A DNA stretch of 64,000 nucleotides from Schizochytrium sp. TIO01 (GCA_004764695.1 SMSO01000014.1:7058029-7122028); one strand, 5' to 3'; numbered from the stretch's first letter, positions 21,273-32,805 are shown. Program-made: numbers and translations. The notes: generated by a model from the sequence alone, not told the origin.

Positions 21273-22699
21273 ATTTTGAGCCCAGCGGAGGAGGATAAGG
21301 CCACGAGGCGGAGCGCTCGCTTTCTCGCCTGTGGCCTGCCTGCCATTCCATTTGGCCTTTGGAATGGATGGGATAGCTGACTCCAACCCACGCACTGCGA
21401 AGGCAGCGTAACAAGGTCCCAAGAGTTATCTCGAATTGGGCGGCGAATTCATTCGATTGCTTCGGCCTTGAAGGCAGAGGCCCTCAGAAACGGCGGTGGA
21501 GGTTAGCCCATATTGGCCGTAGTAAAGAACGACGCGGCGTTCCGACGCTGCGTTCCCCTGCGCGATTTTTTCCCAGGCCTCATCCGCCCGGGCCAGATTT
21601 TTCCCTCTCTTTTTTCCAGCTGGGAGGGCATGGGAAAAAGATGCGGCGGGGGGTACAAGTGAAGTAAATTTGCTCAACAAGTGAGCTATAGTTCTCTGCA
21701 CAGTAGACTATAACCGCGCAAGTGGAGCTTTCCTCTCAGTGTGCATGAGAGGGCGTGGTAAAATATCGCAAGTGAGTTAAGTGGTCTGCCTCTGGGACCC
21801 CTCGACACAAGTGCTCCCAGAGGGGCTCAGAGGGGAAGTGAGGGGGCCCCCATGAGAGGAGGATCTTCGCATTTCGGGTCCCGCCTGCGGGAGGAGTCCT
21901 AGCAGCGCTAGCTAGCCAGTTGGCTAGGGTGCGGTCCCATAGATACGCTGAGGAAGGCGCCAGGGAAAAACAAGCAAGAGAAAGAAAGGGATCTCCGTCT
22001 ACAAGCATCTCTGTCTCTCTGTGCGCTAATTCTGCTGCCTACGAGCTAAGATAAAAGAGGTGGATAGGGGGTTCGCTAGGGGTGCGCTAGGGCAGGCGGC
22101 GGGAAAAAGAAAAGAATAGAAAAGAAAAGAATAGAAAAGGACCCTCAGAGAAGAAGGGGATAGATAAGTAAGTAAGTAGTAATAAGGGCTTCTTGGCGAG
22201 TTTTTAGTTTTTAGTTTTTTGTTTGTTCTTTCTTTCGTGATGGTTTTTGTTTCCTCTCTTTTCGTTGAAGGATCGAGCGCTTTGAAAGGAGTTTAAGGCG
22301 AAGGAAAAAGGCGAAAAGCGAGGCAGGAGAAATCGCGAGGCCTCGGAAAGGGGCCGCCGGCTGGGGCGACCTGCGAATCCGCGGGGAGGCGAGCTCAGGC
22401 AGGCAGGGGGGCCGCTCGAGAGGGCCCCCAGAGCAGGCGCTGGGCGGCTGGCGAGCGAAAACGGAGCAGGATTTCACGGACTGAGTGAGGAGGTGGAAAG
22501 AAAGAAAGCACCTTGAAGGATTTTTTTCTTTTTCTTTTTCTTTCTTTCTTTCTTTCTTTCTTTCATTCTTTCTTCTCTTGTTGCTCTCTTTGTTTGTTTC
22601 CTTTCTTCAACGTGTGAAGGGAAAGAAAGAAAGGCCGATTTAATTAGGGACAAGCAGGCGAAGATTTGAATTCTGTTTGAATTTGGAGACGGAGGTACT

Positions 22700-22932
22700 G
22701 TGTGTTTGTTTGTCTGACTGATTGTTTGTTTGACTGATTGATTGTCTGATTGTCTGATTGTCTGACTGACTGATCGTCTGAGCGATTGCTTGTTCGATTG
22801 TTCGATTGTTTGCTTGTCTGATTGTCTGATTGTCTGATTGTTTGATTGTTTGTTTAAAGTCGTTTGATTGTTTGTTTAAAGTCGTTTGTTTGTTTGTTTA
22901 AAGTCGTTTGTTTGTTCGATTATTGTTTGTTG
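22700..22932. repeat. Degenerate GATT/GTTT/GTCT tetranucleotide tract upstream of the DEK-like gene
   Basis: Directly visible; includes three copies of TTTGTTTAAAGTCG. Confidence 0.8.
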
Positions 22933-23140
22933 AGCGTGAGAAGGTTTTTCCTGCCTCATATTAAGGTGGCAAGGGCCTAGCGGAGTCCTAGGCGCGGCGG
23001 TAGGCAGCGGTAGACGGGGCTAAGCGCTCCGTTGAGGCGGATACGGCGCAGCAGAACCGCAACTGCAAAGGCGCTTGAGCAAAGAGCAAGAGCAGCGCAG
23101 AGAGAGAGAGAGAGAGCGCGAGGTGAGGCAGACAAAGAAG

Positions 23141-24565
23141 ATGGCAGACGCAGACAAGAACGACAAGAAGGCGGAGGAGGCAGGCGCCGCCGCCGCCTCG
23201 GCCAAGGGCGACGATGGCACGGAGACCAAGGTGTCCGTGGAGGTGAAGGAAGGCGAAGCGAAGGAAGACAAGAAGGAGGAAGAGAAGGAGACCAAGGAGG
23301 ACGCCATGGAGGTAGACGAGGGCAAGGCCAACGGCAAGAAGGAGACCAAGAAGGCCGCACCCAAGAAGGCCGCCGCCGAGAAGAAGGAGAAGAAGGAGAA
23401 GAAGGAGCCCGCAGAGGGCGAGAGGCGCAGTGGACGCTCCCGCAAGCAGGTGGAGCACTTCGCCCCGCCTGAGCCCTCCACCAAGGAGGAGGACGAATTC
23501 GTCGTGCCCAAGGGCAAGGGCATGGCCATCTCCGACATGGAGAAGATCAGCCACTTCCTTAACAAATTCCCCGTCAGCTCTGAGGAGATCCAGGCCCTTC
23601 ACAAGGCCTTCTACGGACGCAAGGGCAAGCGCGATGCCAAGAAGAACGTTCTTGCCTTCAGCGGACTCGTCTACCCTGACGGCAAGGCCGAGGCTGGCCG
23701 CGACAAGGTCTTCAACACTATCGGCGTATGGAAGATCGACTTTCTCCGCGAGATGATGGACAACTTTGGCGTCGACCGTGGCCAGAAGACCAAGAAGGAG
23801 GAGCTCCTCGACACATTCATTGACTGGCTTGAGAAGCCCACCTACGACCCGGAGATGGCTGTACCCGGAAAGGCCAAGAAGGCCCCCAAGAAGAAGGCTG
23901 CTCCTAAGAAGAAGAAGGCTGCACCCAAGAAGAAGGCCGCCGCAGGAACCAAGCGTAAGAAGTCCGAGGCCACCGAGGGCGACAAGGAGGGAGCCGAGAA
24001 GAAGGACGGCGAGGAGAAGCCCAAGAAGAAGGCTAAGAAGGAGACCACCGAGGGCGACAAGCCCAAGAAGGCTGCCGCCAAGAAGCCCGCTGCTGAGAAG
24101 AAGGAGAAGGCACCCAAGAAGGAGGGCGAGGAGAAGCCCAAGAAGGCTGCCGCCAAGAAGCCCGCCGCCGAGAAGAAGGAGAAGGCACCCAAGAAGGAGG
24201 GCGAGGAGAAGCCCAAGAAGGCTGCCGCCAAGAAGCCCGCCGCTGACAAGAAGGAGAAGTCCCCCAAGAAGCCCGCTGCCGAAAAGAAGGAGGCTGCCGC
24301 CAAGAAGCCTGCTGCCGAGAAGAAGGAGAAGGCACCCAAGAAGCCCGCTGCCGAGAAGAAGGAGGGCGCCGCAGAGAAGAAGTCTAAGAAGAAGCCATCG
24401 GACGAGCTCGTTAAGAAGATCAAGGACCGGCTTAAGTCCATCTTTGAGGAGGGCGACAGGGAGAAGCTCACCGTGGCCGCTGTGAAGAAAACAATTAAGA
24501 AGGACATCCCTGAGTCCGCTGATCACACCGCTCTCATTGGCGAGCTCATGAAGGAGCTCCTCTAA
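23141..24565 (+). CDS. DEK-like chromatin protein with Lys/Ala/Pro-rich repeats
   Basis: DEK core (ALHKAFYGRKGKRDAKKNVLAFSG, SAP-like FLREMMDNFGVDRGQKTKKEELLDTFIDWLEKP) and a DEK_C-like end (PSDELVKKIKDRLKSIFEEGDREKLTVAAVKK). First ATG 23141; strong codon bias. Confidence 0.85.
   Translation: MADADKNDKKAEEAGAAAASAKGDDGTETKVSVEVKEGEAKEDKKEEEKETKEDAMEVDEGKANGKKETKKAAPKKAAAEKKEKKEKKEPAEGERRSGRSRKQVEHFAPPEPSTKEEDEFVVPKGKGMAISDMEKISHFLNKFPVSSEEIQALHKAFYGRKGKRDAKKNVLAFSGLVYPDGKAEAGRDKVFNTIGVWKIDFLREMMDNFGVDRGQKTKKEELLDTFIDWLEKPTYDPEMAVPGKAKKAPKKKAAPKKKKAAPKKKAAAGTKRKKSEATEGDKEGAEKKDGEEKPKKKAKKETTEGDKPKKAAAKKPAAEKKEKAPKKEGEEKPKKAAAKKPAAEKKEKAPKKEGEEKPKKAAAKKPAADKKEKSPKKPAAEKKEAAAKKPAAEKKEKAPKKPAAEKKEGAAEKKSKKKPSDELVKKIKDRLKSIFEEGDREKLTVAAVKKTIKKDIPESADHTALIGELMKELL
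24055..24375 (+). repeat. Coding minisatellite: 75-nt unit (EEKPKKAAAKKPAAEKKEKAPKKEG) plus shorter 36-39-nt units
   Basis: Units start at 24128 and 24203 (75-nt period); shorter KKPAAEKKE units follow. Confidence 0.9.
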
Positions 24566-25948
24566 ATGATGTGTTCTTCACATACTCACTCATTTAACCC
24601 TACTACATCTCATCAATACAACTACCTACCTACCTACCTGCTACTAACCTTCCTTCACTCACTCTCAAGATATTCCATATCGCATACATATATCTCCCCA
24701 CTCGCTCTCATAATGGCATTGCATGTTCTCCAACCCAAGCCAACCTAAATTTACTCGAAAATGGAGCTAGTTCGCTGTGCATAGACCTCTCTCTTTGTTG
24801 CCCTCGAGCTGGTTGTCTGGTTTTCTAACGCGTAACAAATTCATGATCAATTTTTGCAATTTTTAAGTCTCAAGAACAGAAATCAATTCATGCGGCTATG
24901 TAAAATGAGAGCACATCCAACCCAGTACTACAGTAGTACTATATCTACTTTTGGACAACAACAGACAGCACCGTGTCCCTCCTCAGGACATTTCTCCTCT
25001 CTGGCAAGTCTGACTTCCTTTTCTTTTCTTTTTTTTAATTGAAAATTTTAAAACCTCTTGCATTATTATTTGATGTTTGAAGTTTTTAGGAAAGCTGAAT
25101 TGGACCTCTAGATAAGGCAGTATCTCGTATAAATATTTTAGAGTAGCTCGACTCTTTCGCAAGATATTTAAAATATCAGTAGAAAATTGTAATGAAAGGT
25201 AGAGCTCTGGCTATTCTATGATGCGCCGCACGCTTTTACATAAACCATCCCGTAATTTTAGAAGTAGATCATGGCTGTTCATCATGAGCAATCCACTCTT
25301 CACCCAAACCGACAGTTGATGTTTATAAAATAAATTAGAAATACTGCTTCCCGTGTCTTTCCCTCTCTTTTCAAATCAGCTTACAAAGTAGAAAACATTA
25401 GTTCTGCATGTAATGGATGATGAAATGTTGCTTCTCCAAACTCTTCGAAATTTAATAAGGTCTTGTAGGTTAACCAAGTCAAGATTATGCTTTCTGTGAT
25501 TCTGGAAAAACACTCGAACAGAGCCATGACCTAGGCTATTTCGCCAGTCATGACCTCATTTTTACTTCATCATCCTTGCGTTGACTCTTATAAGCGTATG
25601 AAGTGACGCTAGAAAATTAAGTTTCGAATAGTGTCACTAATTTGTCAAGTACTTTCGTAACGTGCAAAGACGCCTTTCGGCATGGAGAGACTAAAGAATT
25701 GCTACAAACATAAACAAAAAAAATGGACAAAGAAAGATTTCGAAAATAATAAAATAATTAGATCAAGAGATACGGCACCCCATATCAAATTCGATTGGAG
25801 CTTAGGCACAAGACCCAAGGGCCCAGGGCTGCGTTGGAGCGGTGGGTACTTGCGGCTCGCTAACACTAAGGCTTAAGAAGGCAACGGAGCGACCAAGTAC
25901 AGAGCCATTTCCCTGTATTCTTGTCGCCATCCATCTTTTCCTTCAATT

Positions 25949-25996
<48 letters not shown>
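25949..25996. repeat. (CAA)n trinucleotide repeat
   Basis: Directly visible. Confidence 0.95.
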
Positions 25997-26153
25997 CAGT
26001 CAAGCTGGGCTCTGGTTGTGAAGCAGACTACAACGCGGATAAGCTAGGAGTTGGACCTAAACTTTTTCTCTTCATCCACTAAGAAAGACAGAGGTAGCGA
26101 AAGCATAGTATCATAAATTAGAGAGTAAGGTACCTATCCCCTTGACAAGAAAA

Positions 26154-27034
26154 ATGCTTCATAACAACGAATCAGAAAAGTAAGTTGTCTTGTGTTTGGC
26201 TTAATGCAGGTGAAAAGAGATTGATTACAGCATTGAGAACAAGCACGACTCCTTCTCATATACGAACATTCCCGTCTAACAAAGATACCCACTCCCACTT
26301 CATACATATGATTGATTCTTTATTTGTTGCACATTTATAGTAAGAGCTCTGGCAGCGTGCAGGGCAAAATTAAGTTTGTCGCTGTGGCACGCGCAGAAGA
26401 TGGAAAGCTAGTTGCCACCTATCTTCCGGATAAAGCAGATTCAGATGTCGAAAAGTATCATCATGCAGTCCATGAAGTGCTTAGTGCACCTGATTTTCAG
26501 ATGAAGGTTAAACCTGGTTCGCGTTACCGCTTAGTAGGCGATATCAATGCCTTTAATTTTTCCACAGATGCTCAAGAGCGAGTTTACATTGTTATCACTG
26601 CTTCTAACTACCCAGAGCGAATGGTATTCCCTCTCATCCAAGAAATTATCCCTGCGTTCAAACAAGCGCACGGGGAGGAAGCCCTCACGTGCGAGGAGGG
26701 AGCACTTTCGAAAAAGGTGGAGCCCTTGTTTGCAAAACTCGTCAAGACCTATGATGACCCAAGTTCTGATAAGATCGCTACCCTGCAAGGTAAAGTTGGC
26801 GATGTGACGGCTACCATGCAGGACAACATTGGTAGCATGCTACACAGTATGTCCCGTGCAGAGCAACTCGAGGCAGACACCGCTCGTCTGCAGGACGAAG
26901 CACTTCTTTTTGACAAAAAAAGCAGTGAACTCAAACGTAGGGAAATGTGGCGCAAATGGAAATTGAACATCATCATTGGAGCTGTGCTCTTAGTCATTCT
27001 TGTCATCATTATTGTAGCTCTCGCTACCCGCTAG
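26154..27034 (+). CDS. VAMP7-like longin R-SNARE; exons 26154-26179 and 26341-27034
   Basis: Longin domain (FVAVARAEDG...YIVITASNYPERMVF), synaptobrevin coil (DKIATLQGKVGDVTATMQDNI...RAEQLE) and C-terminal TM helix. Phase-2 intron 26180-26340 (GTAAGT...TTATAG) links in frame to an ATG in AAAATG context. Confidence 0.88.
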
Positions 27035-27460
27035 CTTCAGTATAGCACCACACTCACGATTTACGAAGGATTCAAGTTTTGCGCCTCGCTCACTCCCTCT
27101 TTTTCTCTCTGCGTCCCTTTTAATGTTGACTCTTTTCATATATATACAACAACTGCAACTTACATCGCATCATCTTTATTATTGAAAAAATCTACGTCCT
27201 TTGTACTTTTTTTTTTCTCTCAACGACTAATTCAACAGAATCGTGATTCTCATCGTTCTTCTGTTTTCTAATACAACTTTTTCATCCTCTTTTTTTTTTT
27301 TACTTATCCAGATTTACTATTCAAAGTTGCTCTTAATAGTGCTCCGTCTTTACCAAAGCAGTGAATCTTCTTTGCTTTGGTTTCTCGATTGAAGGAAACA
27401 GACAACAAAAATGGAATATAATTCAAGTAATATATAGTTTTGAAATGCTAGAACAAATTT

Positions 27461-29023
27461 TCACATCCAACGCCCCGTAGTATTACGACGCTGGCCACCT
27501 TGAAAAGAGTTCGCAAGAGGGTCATCCCACGCTGCCCTTGTCTTGAAACCGAGTGCAGGATCGAGAAGCGTTGACTGGTATCTAGCGCGTACCATATTTT
27601 GTGCCTTCTCACGACGTCTACGATTATAATCACGTTCCATGCGTTCTGTAAAGTCCTCGCCAAGCACACCGAGGTCATACACGCCCGAAGTAGCAAGAGA
27701 GTGCTCTTTTGTCTCAAATTTCGGACGGAATGTGCAGCCTGCGTCTCGAAGAGCTTCTTGCTCAGCAATCACTCGCTTCGCGTCACGTTTGTACATATCT
27801 GTCTCCATACGATGCATGAACTCCCCGCTTACTTCACTCCAGTTCAAAGACCTCGTCTTCACTCTGCGGGTTGTTGCAAATGTCGGATCATACACGATTT
27901 TCTCTTCTGGCCGAAACGAAGGAGCTGTTTTGGTCTCCAGGTCAGCACGTTTTTCCTCACTCTCGCGCATCTTTGATTCCATGCGGTCTAGAAAGTTTTC
28001 ACTAACGTCTTGCCAAACTGTCTTGTATCTGTAAGCCACTTTGCAGTCGCGACATTTATTTTTCCTGTTTTTCACCTCATCATATGATTGTGTGGCATGG
28101 CATTGTGGACAAACTTTCTTATCGACACGTTTCTCATATTCAGCCTTACCCCTTTTCGTCTTGAGCGCTTGCTCTTTAACTTCGTGGGCAGTTTCGAATC
28201 GCTGTAGACATGGTCCAGAGTTCCTAACCATAGATCGCGAAGAACGGTTAATTTTGGGCTGGAAGGTGCAGTTTTTTTCATCATCTTCTTTAATAAATCG
28301 TTTTGGGGTCCCAGACTTGTTTGAAGAGCGGGTCGTTTTCGTTGAGGAGAGTCTTTCCCGAGACTCTGCCAGCGAGAATCGACGACTACTGCTACCGTGG
28401 TGTGCTGACCCCCTACTCTGACGACGGGAACGAGGAGAGCTTTGCTTCATTTCCATGGGCTCAGCATAAAGCTTGGCCCAGGCTTTTGTGACTGAGGATT
28501 TCCGATCTCGATGTGACGACGACATTTGTTGATTGTTTTGATCCTCCTCGTTCTCTTCGTCTTGCTCACCATCCCCACTAGAGATATCAGCACTTACTTG
28601 CTGCAAGACGCTGTTTGCTTTTGTCGTCTCGTTTGATAAAGCCTCATCCTTTTCAGGTGTTTGCCTTTGCAAGACATCTTGCGCTGCAGATTTTAATATA
28701 TCAGACGTGCTGGATTTTCCCATTGCCGCCGCTTCAGGGGTTTCAGCATCTTCATCCTGCTGCTGCTGGATAGCTCGTGTTGCTTCTGCCAGGACGCGCT
28801 GAGTTTGTAGTTGCCGGGGCGTCTGAGCCTTGTCGTTTCCAGAATGTGGGGATTGCACTTCATTGTGAGTCTCGCTCTGCTGCTGGCTTTCGCAGTCCTG
28901 TGTCTCCTGCTCATGCTCTTGTTCCTGTTGCTCATGGTGTTGCTTTTGCAGCTCCCTCTCCTCCCGAGCGACCTGTGCTAGTGCAGACGGCGCAGCATCC
29001 CTTGCAGTTGCTTCCTGCGACAT
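27461..29023 (-). CDS. hypothetical protein with Q/E-rich N-terminus, CTFxPK repeats and a CxxC-CxxC zinc ribbon
   Basis: Long ORF (first ATG 29023); CTFQPKIN, PSFRPE and CTFRPKF motifs; CPQC...CRDC. Confidence 0.75.
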   Translation of the reverse strand: MSQEATARDAAPSALAQVAREERELQKQHHEQQEQEHEQETQDCESQQQSETHNEVQSPHSGNDKAQTPRQLQTQRVLAEATRAIQQQQDEDAETPEAAAMGKSSTSDILKSAAQDVLQRQTPEKDEALSNETTKANSVLQQVSADISSGDGEQDEENEEDQNNQQMSSSHRDRKSSVTKAWAKLYAEPMEMKQSSPRSRRQSRGSAHHGSSSRRFSLAESRERLSSTKTTRSSNKSGTPKRFIKEDDEKNCTFQPKINRSSRSMVRNSGPCLQRFETAHEVKEQALKTKRGKAEYEKRVDKKVCPQCHATQSYDEVKNRKNKCRDCKVAYRYKTVWQDVSENFLDRMESKMRESEEKRADLETKTAPSFRPEEKIVYDPTFATTRRVKTRSLNWSEVSGEFMHRMETDMYKRDAKRVIAEQEALRDAGCTFRPKFETKEHSLATSGVYDLGVLGEDFTERMERDYNRRRREKAQNMVRARYQSTLLDPALGFKTRAAWDDPLANSFQGGQRRNTTGRWM

Positions 29024-29992
29024 GCTTACGTAGTGTTCGTTGCGATGCTCAGAAGTAGTATTGAATGATGAACAAATTGGGCTTTGCTTGCAATTTGCTC
29101 CTCTAACGTCTGCAAAATCCAACGTCTACGAAGATCTCGTCTTATCCTTTTGGCCACGAGCAAATGGACCTCCATAGCCTGTGACCCCTCATAGCGTAGA
29201 GGCCTTTATTTTACTCACAGTTGACTTTTGCGGTGTGTACCATCTCGTCAACGGCTATCCGGGTTGTGGAGTCTATATGTTGCTGTCATTTATTATTATT
29301 CTTGTTTTATTTTATTTGTCCTTTTCAGATTTAAGTGAACACGGTTACCTAATATCATTCGTAGTACCGAGGTATCTTCTTTCTTTTCAAAACGTTTTAT
29401 TTTAGTTTATGTTTTATTTTATAATTAAATTAATTATAGTAATTTTAAAAAAAATTTAAAAAATCTAATTTGAAGAAACAGCGCTACCGTGAGGCACTGG
29501 AGCATTTTGCACAAGCAGTTTAGATCAGAGAGGAAGTCCAGCGTAAAATTAATTCGATGTTTGGAGAAGTTAGCAGGCACGGAATAAGATAAAGATATCA
29601 TTTCTACGTTTAAACGTAGGTCCACTATATTGTAAAGTGAAAGAAAGATTGTCGTACTGGCAGTGGCGAGTTTCCTGTGCACAAAAGCGAATGAGAATAC
29701 GCTTGAGACCTTTGTTCTGATGCGATGTAGGTACCATCAGTGCTGCCCAATGAAAACACTAATTATGTAAGCATGTTTGACGTAGTTTTCCAGTTGACCT
29801 CCCTACTCGAAATTAGAAATATCATAGTTTGTTTGGGCGAACATTTCAGTGCTTGTAGTGCATTCAGAGGCTAAAACCAGCTCGAGAATCTCCTGGAGCC
29901 AGAACTTGTATGGCATTTCTGACGGTATGAACAAAATTAAGTATATACTTAGGGGTCTACAAAAGAATATGCGAACCTTGAGTGTTGCTAGT

Positions 29993-30499
29993 TTAAAGTT
30001 TGGCGAACATGACGTGCGCGTCAACGAGTCCAAGCTTTTGGTGCTGAAAGACCTCAGGAAGAGTGGTAAGCACCTTAAAACCTAGGTCTTTCCAAAGCTT
30101 GACGGCGGCCTTGTTAGAGGCAACAACAAAATTAAATTGAATGGCGTAGTACCCAAGACGTTTAGCCTCAGGAATGGAGTGCTCACCCATTTTGCGGCCG
30201 ATACCGAGGTTATACTTTGTAGGATCTACCATAAAAGACCCATTGGCAATGTGCGAACCTAGGCCCATTTGGTTGTCTTTGAGGATGTAAGTGCCGACGA
30301 TCTCACCGTCCACTTCAGCTACATAGGTATGGAACTTCTTCCCATACCAGTTAGCGAGTGCATCCTCACGGCTCATGTCGGGGGGGAAAACATAGGTGTC
30401 ACCCGTCTTGATGACCTCGTGGAAGATCTCCCAGATTCTGTCAACGTCTGCATCGCATGCCTTGCGAATCGTCACCACTGGCTTATCCCCGGTCGCCAT
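29993..30499 (-). CDS. GNAT N-acetyltransferase (bacterial-like, Mpr1-related subfamily)
   Basis: GDTYVF, GLGSHIANGSFMVDP..YNLGIGRKMGEH, QFNFVVASNKAAVKLWKDLGF; ATG at 30499. Confidence 0.9.
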   Translation of the reverse strand: MATGDKPVVTIRKACDADVDRIWEIFHEVIKTGDTYVFPPDMSREDALANWYGKKFHTYVAEVDGEIVGTYILKDNQMGLGSHIANGSFMVDPTKYNLGIGRKMGEHSIPEAKRLGYYAIQFNFVVASNKAAVKLWKDLGFKVLTTLPEVFQHQKLGLVDAHVMFAKL

Positions 30500-31569
30500 C
30501 GCTCCAAAAAGTTCAATAGCAGATCTCAAGGACCCAAGGACCAGCCGTCCACTCCTTCAATCTACCACCACGTGCCAGCAAGCCGTCCGGAGACAGTAGT
30601 AGTAGTAGCACCACCACCACCACCAGTAGAAAATCCTCCACTTGTGAGTTATGACTTTGCCTGGCCCTTTGCCTGGCCCTTTGCCAGCACCAACAAACCG
30701 ACAGAGTTAGCTTTTGTGCAGTTGCTGTTGTTATCAATGTAGTGCAAAGCATTTGCGTAGTGTAGTGCTCTCCCAGGGACCCTGTACTCTTGCCTAGTCC
30801 ACTCTTAGCGTCCACAAAAGCGACTTTTCGTAGGTCTATTATACCTACAGTAAACTCTTTGTTTGGAGATCACCCAAAAAGAAAAGGAAATCAAAACGAT
30901 GTGACCTCAATTCTTCCTTCATCTTCATCTCTTGCTCGATATATTGAATGAACTCCAACTGCAACCACGTTGAGAGCAGCAAAATCCCAGTGGCTTATGC
31001 GTGAGGCCAGATCAATTCTCGAAGGGGTGGAGCTTTTGAGAGGTTTTTCTACGCCACCGTGGAGATGGAACGTCTCTGCAAACAAAGCCCTCAGTGCGCC
31101 CTTGAGTCAGCACGTGTGCGAGAATGCACAATATGAATAAATGCAATTGCACAATGCTCGGAAGAGAGTTCATGATCTGCGAACAGTTCGAAGCTATGTG
31201 TAGTGAATGCTGAGACGACTGCGAATCCGTGGGGAATGCCATGATACGAAATGCAATTGTCAATGAAGTCGGTTGAGCCGCACAAGATGGAAAGCTTGAA
31301 CACATAGTAGAGCTGCTTGGTTAAGCCAGCCTCGCGTATGAAGATGAAGTCTGCCAAGCCCTAACACCCATCAAAGTGGGTGTCAACATTATGCTTGGCT
31401 TCGTTGAAAATGGTCGTTCGTGAGCTGGGATTGTGCTGCGAGTACACTGGAGTGGGCAAAGAGTTAGATTGAGAGAGGTGAAAGATGTTTAAAAGATCGC
31501 AATTCATCATTCAATGCAGATTTGGGTTGCACTATCGCAGACACAGAACTCGAGAATCCAGCTGACGCT

Positions 31570-32805
31570 ATGTGCGGGCGAGGACGCTTCGCGCTGCAGG
31601 CCTCAGATGTTGTTGCTGCTGCAGGACTGCACTCGGCGCCGGGCTCGTCTGCGTCGTCTTCGTCGGCTGCTGGTGGTGGTGCTGGCGGCAAGGAAAGCTA
31701 CGATGAGCCTCAGGGCGATGCCTCCAGTGGCCAAGATGCCACGGATGACATGGCTCCAGTGGACGAGTCGCGGCTTCAGCAAGAGCTAGATGGACTCAGA
31801 AGAGAGAATTTTGGACCTGCAATGGTTGCAATGATCTTGGTACGCGACGCTAAAACAGGAAAACGCGAATTGCGTAAAGCGCAATGGGGCTTGATCTCTA
31901 AGAACCCAGGAAAAGCCATAACTGCAGGAGACTTTTTCCAGAAGTTCAATGCAAGGGAGGATAACCTTGAATATGCACACCGACCAAGACTTGCGCGGCA
32001 GCACTGTGTAGTGTTCTTTAATGGGTTCTATGAGTGGAAGAACAACAAAGACCCTTTGTCCAAGAAGGTCACCAAACAACCATACTATATTTATCCGAAA
32101 GAGCAGGCAGTGCTTCGCCTTGCTGGGCTCTATGAAACATGTGTTGACCCTGGCTCGGGAGAAGAGCTAACGACGTTTACAATAATAACTGTGAATGCTG
32201 CGAAATCTTTTGAGTGGCTGCACCACAGGATGCCGGCAGTTTTACCCAATGATACAGCTGTGAACGAATGGCTGGGCGCCACAGAATGGAATCCCAAAAC
32301 TCATGCAATTTTAAGACCTGACGAAACATCTCTCCAATGGCATCCTGTCACACCATCGATGGGCAAAACCTCATATCAGGACTCTGATTGTACCAAGGCT
32401 ATTAAACTTGAGAAAAAGACACCGTCTGTGCTCTCCATGTGGTCTAAGCAGGAGAAATCAGGTTCTTCAAAGCCTAACACAACTCCACTATCTCCTACGC
32501 CCTTGAAATCTATGCCGAAGGGGACTCCAGAGAAAGTGGCAAAGCCTGAACCCGAGGTTGTTTCTTTGCTTTCAGATTCCCCAGAACTCATTAAAGTTTC
32601 TTCCCCGCACCTGAAACGTAAGCTTCCTGCGGGAAAATATCATGAATTTTCCTCACCTCTAGCGAAGGTCTCCAAGAAAGAGGATATCAAAGTTATGAAG
32701 TTAAAACAATCTTCAGCAAAGAAGCCAGCGAAACCGACATTAGCTACATCGCCCGCGGCAAAGGGACAGCGCACACTCGGCGCTTTTTTTGCAAAGAAAG
32801 ACTAA
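31570..32805 (+). CDS. SRAP-domain abasic-site protein (HMCES/YedK family)
   Basis: N-terminal MCGR (catalytic Cys2) at ATG 31570, QWGL, FNAR, GFYEW, FTIIT, HHRMPAVL, WHPV; C-terminal QRTLGAFF resembles a PIP box. Confidence 0.92.
   Translation: MCGRGRFALQASDVVAAAGLHSAPGSSASSSSAAGGGAGGKESYDEPQGDASSGQDATDDMAPVDESRLQQELDGLRRENFGPAMVAMILVRDAKTGKRELRKAQWGLISKNPGKAITAGDFFQKFNAREDNLEYAHRPRLARQHCVVFFNGFYEWKNNKDPLSKKVTKQPYYIYPKEQAVLRLAGLYETCVDPGSGEELTTFTIITVNAAKSFEWLHHRMPAVLPNDTAVNEWLGATEWNPKTHAILRPDETSLQWHPVTPSMGKTSYQDSDCTKAIKLEKKTPSVLSMWSKQEKSGSSKPNTTPLSPTPLKSMPKGTPEKVAKPEPEVVSLLSDSPELIKVSSPHLKRKLPAGKYHEFSSPLAKVSKKEDIKVMKLKQSSAKKPAKPTLATSPAAKGQRTLGAFFAKKD

Noticed and set aside
24055-24375. Regularly spaced repeats resembling a CRISPR array
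   Set aside because: Coding tandem repeats with no unique spacers; no cas genes; eukaryotic context.
22988-24526. 512-aa Leu-rich minus-strand ORF and other overlapping ORFs
   Set aside because: Antisense or alternative-frame shadows of the repetitive, GC3-biased DEK-like gene.
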